A DNA stretch of 12,448 nucleotides from Cyanobacteriota bacterium (GTDB lineage Bacteria; Cyanobacteriota; Cyanobacteriia; Cyanobacteriales; Geitlerinemataceae): positions 28,278-40,725 of the forward strand of contig JAXHUC010000042.1 in the NCBI GenBank assembly GCA_034189805.1. Reading direction: 5' to 3'. A program made the translations under genes and the position numbers. Positions 1 to 7,412 of this stretch are shown here, one piece after another. The notes below the pieces were generated by a model. That model searched no databases. It had not been told where the DNA came from and saw only the letters and a program-made list of their open reading frames with translations. The stretch's first letter is position 1. Each line of letters starts with the position of its first letter.

Positions 1-19
1 TCTCCCCATTCCCGGATAC

Positions 20-43
20 AAAAAGGCCCATCCCACGTGGGGC
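20..43 (-). terminator. Weak candidate intrinsic terminator downstream of psbU
   Basis: On the minus strand, a short GC stem GCCC(40-43)/GGGC(26-29) around a 10-nt loop is followed by C and a U5 run (A5 at 20-24 on the plus strand). It lies about 55 nt after the psbU stop. The stem is only 4 bp, so this is tentative. Confidence 0.3.
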
Positions 44-97
44 GAGATGAGCGGGGGTTACACGAGCGGGTTAGAGAAAATTTTCAGGTCGATCGAC

Positions 98-517
98 CTA
101 GTAAATTCCGTTGTTGAGACGATCTCCGCCACTGTTAAACACGTTGGCCACGGGGGTGACAGTAAAGTTATCGAGGTTGGCTTGCAGCCGAGCTTTTTGC
201 CGCTCGCTCAATCCATCGATGTTCAACACATCCTCAACCTTTTCGTAGGGTGCGTTATCTACCACTTTTCCCGCGAGAGTGGGATACATGCCGCGATACT
301 TACGAAAAGCTCGGACGTTGGTGTTATTGAGATCGATCTTCTTACCGAAATCCGTTCCTAGCTTCTTATCGGCGGCATTTTGCGCGGAGAATTCTGCTAA
401 AACGGGCAGGGGACGAACGCTCAGATCGGCAGCCAGCGCTCTTTGCGGCAGCGCCAACATCCCCAAGCAGCTTAGTAACACGCAAACCGCCGTCAACAAG
501 CGAACCAATCGTTTCAT
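98..517 (-). CDS. psbU: Photosystem II 12 kDa extrinsic protein PsbU (precursor with lumenal signal peptide)
   Basis: 139-aa ORF with an N-terminal hydrophobic signal peptide ([23 protein letters not shown]). The mature part carries the PsbU signature [68 protein letters not shown] Shine-Dalgarno sits 8 nt upstream of the ATG. Confidence 0.93.
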   Translation of the reverse strand: MKRLVRLLTAVCVLLSCLGMLALPQRALAADLSVRPLPVLAEFSAQNAADKKLGTDFGKKIDLNNTNVRAFRKYRGMYPTLAGKVVDNAPYEKVEDVLNIDGLSERQKARLQANLDNFTVTPVANVFNSGGDRLNNGIY

Positions 518-640
518 CTTGTCAGCTCCTCTTCATACACAATTATTTAATATAAAAAATATTACCATTCCTAAAGTAATCTCAGACTTCGGATGGACGA
601 GGAACTTCCAGCGCGCAGTCAAAATCGATCGCCAACCGGC

Positions 641-1624
641 TCAATTGTCCGGGGGTAGGAAAGCTGCAATATCGGCAAAGTTTCCGGCATAAGTGGGCAT
701 GGGGCGATCGTACCCTTTCAGGTGAACTTCACGGGCTTCGAGGGCACTCAGATCGAGCTTTGTCGCTTCTAGATATTGGTAGGTCGTTTGACCGAGGGCC
801 ACTTCTTTACCCAACTTCTTGGTACAGGACTCCAGACGGAACGCAGCGTTGACGGTATCGCCCAATGCGGTGTAATCCGGACGATCGCCGCTACCGGTGT
901 TGCCGACCATGGCGTATCCGGTATTCACCCCAGCCCCGATGCGCAACGGGAAGGGGAGGGGATAGCGATCGCTCAATTTCTGCGTCATCTTCTGGAGGTT
1001 GCTCAGGGCTTGACAAATCTGCACCCCTTCTTTAGCCGTGACGCGATCTTGAGGGTGAAACCAAACGGCCATAATCGCATCGCCGATATACTTATCTACC
1101 CAACTGCCGGAGATGCGGATAATTTCTCCAGACTGGCGGAACCAAGTGCCGATTAATTCTGAGAGGATGGCTTCGTCGAGTTGGCGGGTGAGGACGGTGA
1201 AATCGCGGATATCGATGACCATCACCGAAATCAAACGACGGATGGACAACAAGGCGGTTGCCGTTGCCGAGTCGTCGCCCTCGAACTCTTCGCTATCTTC
1301 TGGCAGGGGGCGAAGGGGACAGAAAAAATCGAGCTGAGTTTGACCGAGGGTGAGGCGATCGCCATTTTTGAGGGTGACGGGAATGCTGACCCGCCGTCCG
1401 TTAACGAAAGTGCCGTTGCGACTGCCGAGATCGATTAGGTAATAGTCGCCACCATCCGTGCATTGGAGCATCGAATGATTGCGCGAAATCCACCGATCTC
1501 GGACGACAAAGTTGTTATCGTCATTACGGCCGATCGTCCAACATTTGTAGCCTTCTAAGGACAGATAGCGGTCGCCCGAGTCAGTGCGCAGAACTAGGTG
1601 GGGAGAGGATTCGATCGTTATCAC
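641..1624 (-). CDS. FHA domain-containing class III adenylate/guanylate cyclase (probably adenylate)
   Basis: 327-aa ORF with a GTG start at 1624. The N-terminal FHA motif is WTIGRNDDNNFVVRDRWISRNHSML...YYLIDLGSRNGTFVNGRRV. The C-terminal class III cyclase motifs are VMVIDIRDFT (metal Asp), DKYIGDAIMAVW (Lys plus metal Asp) and GVNTG..GNTGS....YTALGDTVNAAFRLES. Confidence 0.9.
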   Translation of the reverse strand: MITIESSPHLVLRTDSGDRYLSLEGYKCWTIGRNDDNNFVVRDRWISRNHSMLQCTDGGDYYLIDLGSRNGTFVNGRRVSIPVTLKNGDRLTLGQTQLDFFCPLRPLPEDSEEFEGDDSATATALLSIRRLISVMVIDIRDFTVLTRQLDEAILSELIGTWFRQSGEIIRISGSWVDKYIGDAIMAVWFHPQDRVTAKEGVQICQALSNLQKMTQKLSDRYPLPFPLRIGAGVNTGYAMVGNTGSGDRPDYTALGDTVNAAFRLESCTKKLGKEVALGQTTYQYLEATKLDLSALEAREVHLKGYDRPMPTYAGNFADIAAFLPPDN

Positions 1625-1887
1625 AGGCTCTTCGTCAATTCAGATCGACATTTACATCATGTTGCACCCTTTTCAATTCTGCCCTCTGTTGACTGGGAGT
1701 GCCAACAGATAGGAGAGAATTTAGTGGGGGCGATCGCTTCGACGCGGATCTCGTCTGGCGAGATACCGACCTAAAGATATTGACCTAGTTGTGCTTTAAA
1801 GACCCAGTTACTCCGATCGGTTGCTCTGACACGATTGCCGGTGAAATGACCGGTTCGACTCTGGCTCGATCGCGACCCGAGCGCGGA

Positions 1888-2622
1888 TTACCCGACCGCA
1901 GATAGAGCTGCCAGCCAAAAGAGAGCATCTACCAATATCGTACTCAAAACCGCCCCAGAAAACGCCCAATAGTGAAGGCGAGGGTTCGGACTGCCTAAAG
2001 GTAGGAGACCTCCCAACAGGAGAGCGGTTGCCAGAATTGCCGCCCAGAGAATTCCCCAAGGGGTACGGACTTGAGCGATCGCCTCTTGAAAAATCGGCAC
2101 CACCAGTTCCGGTTCGACCCGCATCAACTCTCGCCAACTCGGCATTAAATCGACGAGATAGAAATAGCCGTCGGTGAGGGCCGTGCCAAAGAAAGAACCG
2201 AGTGCAAACCAGCTACCGACTAACAATCGACCGCGACACAGGCACCAAATCGGCAGGGGAAGGGCAATTGCTTCGACGGGTAAGTGCCATAATGGTTCCC
2301 ATCGCAACCATCCCCAATATAGGGAACCGGCCAACCAACTGCCTGCAAAGCCCAGGAGCAGGTCGCCCCAGAACGCAGTAGAACGCCGTAATAGCAACGC
2401 CACGCTCGCTCCCACCCATCCCAAGGTTAGAGCTAAACTAACCCCAGGCAGGTGACGGACTAAAGGTGCTTCGATAAAGACGGGGACGGCCACTAAAAAG
2501 ACGGAGACCGCAAAAATGAGTCCGGATTTTCTCAGCTCGAGGCCCCGCCAGGAAAGGACGAGAGAGTCTCGCTCGGCATCAATGGGGTAAGGTGCAGAGT
2601 TGCTAAAAGGAAAGTAAAACAA
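1888..2622 (-). CDS. Conserved cyanobacterial polytopic membrane protein (resembles the DUF3120 family)
   Basis: 244-aa ORF with about 6-7 hydrophobic segments and a Trp-rich pattern (LRKSGLIFAVSVFLVAVPVFIEAPLVRHLP, WGWLRWEPLWHLPVEAIALP). The only available start is TTG at 2622, so the start is uncertain. The family name is recalled from motifs, not searched. Confidence 0.65.
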   Translation of the reverse strand: MFYFPFSNSAPYPIDAERDSLVLSWRGLELRKSGLIFAVSVFLVAVPVFIEAPLVRHLPGVSLALTLGWVGASVALLLRRSTAFWGDLLLGFAGSWLAGSLYWGWLRWEPLWHLPVEAIALPLPIWCLCRGRLLVGSWFALGSFFGTALTDGYFYLVDLMPSWRELMRVEPELVVPIFQEAIAQVRTPWGILWAAILATALLLGGLLPLGSPNPRLHYWAFSGAVLSTILVDALFWLAALSAVG

Positions 2623-3018
2623 CGTATTGTTAATATTTGCAAATTATCTTAATAAAGGTTATCACATCTTATCTAGAAGTATGGCTTATGGCTGACTCGC
2701 GGGCGATCGCTCCCCACTCGATGCCAAAATAAAGCCACATATATTTGTTCTAGACCGCTCCCGATTGAGTTCGAGAAACGCTGGAAAAGGCTGAAGGTGA
2801 GGTATTTGAAGAAATATTCGTGGTATTTGGGTGCGTGCCGCGCGCTTTAACGCTGTCTCTAGAAACGCGCAAACAGCGGTCAAATTTTAAGAATATCTTC
2901 ACATTCCGTCCATTTTTTCTCAGTTTTCTGGAGATGCCAAGGCTCAAAATGAATCTTGGTATTGCATCTTCAACGTTGCGCTCTCGAAAAAACTTAACAT
3001 CCAACACCCAAACTCGAA

Positions 3019-3993
3019 ATGATTGTATCGTTCCGTAAACTGTTGCCGTTTTGCGCCCTGAGTAGCGTGGGAGCGATCGGCGCTTTAACCCTTGACGCGA
3101 CGGCTACCCCAGAACCGATTGCCACTGCCGATACCGTTTCCGAGGCGATCGCCTGGACTCCTAACGTGTTCCAAGCCATTATTCTAGGGATGGTGCAGGG
3201 ACTGACGGAATTTTTACCCATCAGCAGTACCGCTCATTTAAAAGTGGTTCCCGAAGTGTTGCAATGGGGCGATCCGGGGGTCGCGTTTACCGCCGTCATC
3301 CAACTGGGGAGTATCGCCGCCGTGTTGTCCTACTTCTGGGAGGATTTGGTGCAAGTGACCACGGGAAGCATCAAAGCGATTTCGACCTCGGACTATCAAT
3401 CCCAAGATTTCCGCATTGCCCTGGGGATTGCCTTGGGAACCTTTCCCATCCTGATAATTGGTTTGCTGGTTAAATTTGTTTTTGCCGACTTTTACGAAAC
3501 CCACGTCCGCACCCTGTTCGTGATTGCGATCGTGTCGATCGTTATGGGTATTTTGCTCGGAGTCGCCGAACGGCTTTGTTCGCACAAGCGAGATTTTGAC
3601 AGCCTCACCATGTCCGACGGGATTTTGATGGGTTGCGCCCAAGCCCTCGCCCTAATTCCGGGGGTGTCTCGTTCCGGTTCGACGATTACGGCAGGTTTAT
3701 TTATGGGGTTAGATCGGGCGACGGCCGCTCGATTTTCCTTCCTGCTGGGGATTCCGGCGATTACCCTGGCGGGGTTGGTAGAGATGAAAAGCGCCCTGGG
3801 GGATGGTGGCGAGGTGTCTTGGTTGCCGTTGCTGGCGGGGTTGATTTCGGCGGCAGTTTTCTCTTATTTAGCGATCGCCTGGTTGATTAAGTTCCTGCAA
3901 ACGCAAAGCACTTGGGTATTCGTTTGGTATCGAGTGGCGTTTGGGATTGTCATTTTAGGGGCGATCGCAGCGGGAGTGTTGCAGAACGGATAG
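3019..3993 (+). CDS. uppP: Undecaprenyl-diphosphate phosphatase (UppP/BacA)
   Basis: 324-aa ORF with the UppP signatures GLTEFLPISSTAHL and PGVSRSGSTITAGL, and multiple TM helices. The ATG at 3019 gives a signal-like N-terminal extension of about 49 aa. An in-frame GTG at 3166 would give a canonical-length protein starting (M)FQAIILGMVQGLTEF. Confidence 0.92.
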   Translation: MIVSFRKLLPFCALSSVGAIGALTLDATATPEPIATADTVSEAIAWTPNVFQAIILGMVQGLTEFLPISSTAHLKVVPEVLQWGDPGVAFTAVIQLGSIAAVLSYFWEDLVQVTTGSIKAISTSDYQSQDFRIALGIALGTFPILIIGLLVKFVFADFYETHVRTLFVIAIVSIVMGILLGVAERLCSHKRDFDSLTMSDGILMGCAQALALIPGVSRSGSTITAGLFMGLDRATAARFSFLLGIPAITLAGLVEMKSALGDGGEVSWLPLLAGLISAAVFSYLAIAWLIKFLQTQSTWVFVWYRVAFGIVILGAIAAGVLQNG

Positions 3994-4005
3994 CGATGAG
4001 AAGGC

Positions 4006-4040
4006 AGGAGGCATTTGGCACAAATTGCACCCCGCCTCCT
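4006..4040. terminator. Candidate bidirectional terminator hairpin between convergent genes
   Basis: Inverted repeat AGGAGGC (4006-4012) / GCCTCCT (4034-4040) with a 21-nt loop. It sits exactly between the uppP stop (3993) and the stop of the minus-strand small ORF (4047). There is no strong U tract. Confidence 0.3.
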
Positions 4041-4046
4041 CATCCT

Positions 4047-4289
4047 TTATGCCCGATCGTCGCCATCGTCAGTCTCGAACAAATCCGTGGCTTTGCTACC
4101 CAACAAGCCAAATACCGCACCGATTCCCATTTGCCACGTCGCCGTGCAGTTCTCGAAGACGCGGATTTGCTGGGGGGAGAGTTCGGCTTTCGATGCCAGC
4201 CAGAGTGAGGTTCCCCCGGAAAGCAGGGTAATGCTAACGACGGTGAAGAAAACTTGTTGAAATGCGGGAGGAAGGTTTACGTTATTCAT
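4047..4289 (-). CDS. Small hypothetical membrane protein (two predicted TM helices)
   Basis: 80-aa ORF. A canonical AAGGAG Shine-Dalgarno lies about 8 nt upstream of the ATG (minus strand: AAGGAGCCACCATCATG). Two hydrophobic segments are present (VFFTVVSITLLSGGTSLWLA, WQMGIGAVFGLLG). No recognisable family. Confidence 0.6.
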   Translation of the reverse strand: MNNVNLPPAFQQVFFTVVSITLLSGGTSLWLASKAELSPQQIRVFENCTATWQMGIGAVFGLLGSKATDLFETDDGDDRA

Positions 4290-4446
4290 GATGGTGGCTC
4301 CTTAAAAATTGAGTTGAGAAGGATAGAGAAAACGATTCGATCGCTGTAATTTGGGGTTGGCTTTGGGGTGAGAATCGTTCCTCTTATCGATAGTTACAGT
4401 GTGACTTAGCCATCGCTAGGAGTCAGCATTTGCAAGGCTTTTGGAA

Positions 4447-4479
4447 TGTATGACTTGTGAGTGAGTTGTGTATGAGTTG
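4447..4479 (+). promoter_or_regulatory. Three tandem 11-bp units (TGNNTGASTTG) just upstream of the HTH-ATPase start; candidate operator or 5' leader element
   Basis: The units are tgtatgacttg (4447-4457), tgagtgagttg (4458-4468) and tgtatgagttg (4469-4479). The outer two are 10/11 identical and the array ends 17 nt before the ATG at 4497. Any function is inferred only. Confidence 0.2.
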
Positions 4480-4496
4480 GAGAAAATCACCCCAAA

Positions 4497-5711
4497 ATGC
4501 GATCGCTTGTTGCCTCCCCCAATGGAATTGAAACCGCTAAAATTGCCCTGACGGGTGAACAGTGGACGCAGGAAAAACTTGCCGAACACGTAGAAGTCGA
4601 TCGGCAGACGGTTAACAAGTTTTTCAATCAGAAGCCTGTCAAAAGTCAGATTTTCGTCGAGATTTGTAATACTCTCGGTTTGAATTGGCAAGAGATTGCA
4701 GTTGCCACAACATCAAAACGCCAACCCACTCAACCGGCACCATCGGGTAATACCAACCCCTTCACCGACGGCACACCTGCACCGCCCGATCGCTTCTACG
4801 GCAGGCGAGACGCAATTTTAGAAGTCAAAAGCCGGATTGGAGGAATTAGCCCCCAGTGCATCAATATTGTGGGGCATCGGCGGGTGGGGAAAACCTCGCT
4901 ACTGCGCTACATTCGCGATCGCACGATCGAATTTTGTCCGGAGTCGCAGCAGCCACTAATTGTTTCCCTAGATTTGCAAGATAATAAGTTTCATACCCCG
5001 GAAGGGATTTTGGAGGGATTGCGGCGCGGCATTGGCAAGCTAACGGGAACTGAACCTTGGCAACGGCAGGAAGACGACGACGGGTTTGCGGTGGAGGATG
5101 GATTGCAGGCGATCGCAGATGATGGATATCGGGCGATCGTCATGTTAGATGAATTTGAGGCGATCGCGAGGCGGTTGGTGGAATTCGAGGATTGGGGAGA
5201 AGATTGGCGATCGAAAGCCTCTGCGGGGTTGCTAACGATGGTTATTGCCAGCAAGCGTCCTCTAGCGGAACTCTATCAAACCCTACATCTGACATCGCCC
5301 TTCGATAATATCTTTAGTACCACGATTTTGGGGGCATTAGCGACGGAGGATTGGCAGCGTTTGGTACGCGATGGGTTTGGCGGTGAGGTGGGAACCTCGG
5401 AACTCGCTTGGATTGACGAGTTAGCCGGAGGGATTCCGTTTTACGTGCAGATGGCGGCATCGATGTTGTGGCAATACGGGGATTTGGCGAAGGCAGAGGC
5501 GGAATTTGTGTTTCAATCCCGATCGCATTTCCAGAAGCTTTGGCAGGAGTTGAGAGAACCGGAACGGATTGCGATAAAAAGGGTGATTCGCGGCGAAACG
5601 GTGGAGTCGAAGGTGATGCTAAATCTCCTCCAACGTTACGGAATCTTGCGAGAAGACAGTCGTTTATTTAGCCGCGTTTTTGCCGAGTTTGTGGCGGAAG
5701 AATGTCGGTAA
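4497..5711 (+). CDS. HTH domain + P-loop NTPase (STAND-like / ATPase_2 (Arch_ATPase)-type AAA ATPase) with C-terminal winged-helix-like region
   Basis: 404-aa ORF. The N-terminal XRE-like HTH is WTQEKLAEHVEVDRQTVNKFFNQKPVKSQIFVEICNTLGLNWQEI, a module common at N-termini of cyanobacterial STAND proteins. Walker A is GHRRVGKT (4872-4895) preceded by FYGRR, and Walker B is IVMLDE (5136-5153). The downstream GGIPFYVQ and C-terminal LLQRYGILRE motifs align with the C-terminal half of the 7413-10097 protein. Confidence 0.85.
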   Translation: MRSLVASPNGIETAKIALTGEQWTQEKLAEHVEVDRQTVNKFFNQKPVKSQIFVEICNTLGLNWQEIAVATTSKRQPTQPAPSGNTNPFTDGTPAPPDRFYGRRDAILEVKSRIGGISPQCINIVGHRRVGKTSLLRYIRDRTIEFCPESQQPLIVSLDLQDNKFHTPEGILEGLRRGIGKLTGTEPWQRQEDDDGFAVEDGLQAIADDGYRAIVMLDEFEAIARRLVEFEDWGEDWRSKASAGLLTMVIASKRPLAELYQTLHLTSPFDNIFSTTILGALATEDWQRLVRDGFGGEVGTSELAWIDELAGGIPFYVQMAASMLWQYGDLAKAEAEFVFQSRSHFQKLWQELREPERIAIKRVIRGETVESKVMLNLLQRYGILREDSRLFSRVFAEFVAEECR

Positions 5712-5789
5712 ATTTCGGGAAGATTCGATATAGTAATTTTAAACGGTTTGTTGTCAGTATTCAGCGATCGGGCAAGCGCGAAAGAATCT

Positions 5790-5855
5790 GTAAGGGCGGG
5801 TTTGGATAGATTCGATCGAACTTGCTGAGGATTTTCACACAAAACCCGCCCCTAC
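5790..5855. repeat. Imperfect 14-bp inverted repeat (GTAAGGGCGGGTTT ... AAACCCGCCCCTAC); MITE-like or palindromic-element candidate
   Basis: The arms at 5790-5803 and 5842-5855 match 13/14 as reverse complements, with a 38-nt loop. The GGGGCGGGTTT/AAACCCGCCCC arm type resembles short dispersed hairpin repeats I recall from filamentous cyanobacterial genomes. There is no U tract, so it is not a classical terminator. Confidence 0.4.
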
Positions 5856-5935
5856 CCATTGTGACCCTAGCAGGATCTAAAATCTCGCTCTGAATCTTTA
5901 CAGTTCGTTTTCCCTAGGTTATTTGTTAAAAAATT

Positions 5936-6655
5936 ATGGTTCTCAGCAATCCCCCCAATGCGGTAATATTTCCCCCAAGCGACCTCGAAAGTGACGAACC
6001 TCCCTTGGAAACCGATCGCCATCTGCAACAAATTATCCTCCTTTTAACCTGTCTGCAATGGTGGTGGCAGGAACGTCCCGATGCACCGGAATCTCGCCGC
6101 AATAACTTCTATGCTGCCGGAAATATGACGGTATATTACAGCAGCCGCCAGCTACGGAACGAAAAGTTTCGCGGGCCGGATTTTTTCGTAGTATTAGATA
6201 CGGAATATAAGGAACGCAAAAGTTGGGTGGTGTGGGAAGAAGATGGCAAATATCCTAATGTCATTATTGAAATGCTGTCGGATTCGACGGCGGAAATGGA
6301 TCGGGGGAAGAAAAAAGATATCTATCAAGACAGCTTTCGCACGCCGGAATACTTTTGGTTCGATCCTTATACTTTAGAGTTTAAAGGCTTTCGATTTTTT
6401 GGGAAATATGAAGAGATCGCACCAACGGAACGGGGCTGGTTGTGGAGTCAGGAATTAGATTTATATCTGGGAATTGTGGATGAGAAATTACGGTTTCTGA
6501 CACCGCAAGGGGAAGTGGTTCCCACGCCATTGGAGGCGGCAAAGCGGGAACTTCAGCGAACGGAGTTAGAACGGCAGCGTGCAGAGGCAGCGGAGGCAGA
6601 GTTAGAACGATTGCGTCAGCAGATTCGCGAACGGGGAATCGATTTAGATTCGTGA
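5936..6655 (+). CDS. Uma2 family (DUF820) PD-(D/E)xK endonuclease with C-terminal coiled-coil tail, copy 1
   Basis: 239-aa ORF. The Uma2 pattern is GPDFFVVLD...YPNVIIEMLSDSTAEMDRGKKKDIYQDSFRTPEYFWFDP. The C-terminal tail is charged and helical (ELERQRAEAAEAELERLRQQIRERGIDLD). It is paralogous to 10307-11068. Confidence 0.9.
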   Translation: MVLSNPPNAVIFPPSDLESDEPPLETDRHLQQIILLLTCLQWWWQERPDAPESRRNNFYAAGNMTVYYSSRQLRNEKFRGPDFFVVLDTEYKERKSWVVWEEDGKYPNVIIEMLSDSTAEMDRGKKKDIYQDSFRTPEYFWFDPYTLEFKGFRFFGKYEEIAPTERGWLWSQELDLYLGIVDEKLRFLTPQGEVVPTPLEAAKRELQRTELERQRAEAAEAELERLRQQIRERGIDLDS

Positions 6656-6706
6656 TGTTTTTTTGATTTTGGGTGCTGTAGGAGCAAAGCATTTTAGCGA
6701 AAAATC

Positions 6707-7396
6707 ATGTTTGTTACCCAGATATCAAAATCGAAATGGTTGCTCAAATTCTTAACCCCTACAGAGTCGAATAATATGTCCTACAGTCAGTTCGATTTAC
6801 AGACGGCTTTAACTCAATTTAAACTCAGCTTAATTGAAGAATCTTTTCTCTCGAAAGTTGTTCCTGTCAAACCGAGTGAATGGCTGGCAACTTCTCTCGA
6901 TATTGGATTAAACTGGGCGATCGATAACAATACGGAAAAGGCGAGGGCGGAGGCGATAATCACACCGATTTTAATCGAGATTAAGACGAAACTACTGAAG
7001 GGGAATGTTTCTCTATTTTCTGGGAAAGATTTTTCCGTGGATGCTGCGTTGGGATTGAACGGACTTTGCGACTATATTATCAGCTTGTCGCCAAATCAAT
7101 TGTTGATTACTGCCCCGGTTGCGGTTGTTTTTGAAGCGAAACGAGAGGATATTAATAGTGGATTCGGACAATGTATTGCGGCGATGGTTGCCGCGCAAAA
7201 GTTTAACCAACAGTATCAACAAGAAATTGAGACAATTTACGGGGCGGTAACAACAGGCGATCGCTGGCGATTTTTGAAATTGGAAAATCAGATTGTAACC
7301 ATTGATATTGCAGAAGTTCGCATTCCTCCGGTGAATCATCTGTTGGGGATTTTAGTGGCGATTTCGAGTCCTGAGATGACTTGGCAAAATAAGTAG
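6707..7396 (+). CDS. Hypothetical PD-(D/E)xK nuclease-fold protein (HsdR_N-like restriction endonuclease-like domain)
   Basis: 229-aa ORF. An alternative start at ATG 6776 (MSYSQF...) is plausible. The motif order is EKARAEAIITPILIEI ... CDYIIS (Asp) ... VAVVFEAKRED (E-x-K) ... GQCIAAMVAAQKF (Gln), as in HsdR N-terminal-type PD-(D/E)xK domains. The stop at 7396 lies only 16 nt before the next gene start. Confidence 0.7.
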   Translation: MFVTQISKSKWLLKFLTPTESNNMSYSQFDLQTALTQFKLSLIEESFLSKVVPVKPSEWLATSLDIGLNWAIDNNTEKARAEAIITPILIEIKTKLLKGNVSLFSGKDFSVDAALGLNGLCDYIISLSPNQLLITAPVAVVFEAKREDINSGFGQCIAAMVAAQKFNQQYQQEIETIYGAVTTGDRWRFLKLENQIVTIDIAEVRIPPVNHLLGILVAISSPEMTWQNK

Positions 7397-7412
7397 AAGT
7401 TAGATATAGAAA

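Noticed and set aside
47-692. Plus-strand ORFs 47-361 and 279-692 (104 and 137 aa)
   Set aside because: They are antisense to, or overlap, the strongly supported psbU gene. They have no recognisable motifs and look like shadow ORFs.
776-1438. Plus-strand ORFs 776-1156, 1113-1337 and 1181-1438
   Set aside because: They are antisense shadows of the FHA-cyclase gene, with Gly/Arg/Asp-rich low-information translations.
641-1624. Considered the cyclase as a Pycsar/CBASS-like defence nucleotide cyclase linked to the island
   Set aside because: It is on the opposite strand and about 2.9 kb away, separated from the island by housekeeping genes. It carries an FHA regulatory domain and the Lys...Thr substrate pattern of ordinary class III adenylate cyclases. 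No cNMP-binding effector lies adjacent.
1814-1873. tRNA-like signal: GGTTCGACTC T-loop-like motif (1852-1861) with a 7-bp acceptor-like pairing CGATCGG (1814-1820) / TCGATCG (1866-1872)
   Set aside because: Only 28 nt lie between the acceptor and T arm, too short for D and anticodon arms. The 'acceptor' pairing is just two CGATCG palindromes, which are ubiquitous in this HIP1-rich DNA.
1808-2455. ORFs 1808-2137 (-), 2174-2455 (+) and 2213-2419 (-)
   Set aside because: They overlap the 244-aa membrane protein ORF in other frames or on the other strand. Their Arg/Pro/Ser/Gly-rich composition is typical of off-frame translation.
2686-3221. Short ORFs in and around the 2623-3018 spacer (2686-2883 -, 2750-3007 -, 2820-3038 +, 2994-3221 -)
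   Set aside because: They mutually overlap and have no SD or motif support. Their composition is basic and low-complexity, and some overlap the uppP start.
3238-4260. ORFs overlapping uppP and its 3' region (3238-3642 -, 3264-3473 +, 3633-3890 +, 3912-4208 +, 4015-4260 +, 4025-4231 +)
   Set aside because: They are off-frame or antisense to uppP or to the SD-supported small membrane ORF. They are Arg/Gly/Pro-rich shadow ORFs.
4416-5842. Minus-strand ORFs 4416-4691, 4991-5254 and 5636-5842, and plus-strand ORF 5468-5671
   Set aside because: They are antisense or off-frame relative to the HTH-ATPase gene. ORF 5636-5842 mostly translates the intergenic hairpin element.
6636-6664. Possible terminator after Uma2 copy 1: hairpin GAATC/GATTC plus a T7 run (6658-6664)
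   Set aside because: The stem is only 5 AU-rich bp and lies 6 nt from the T run, partly inside the CDS end. This is too weak to call.
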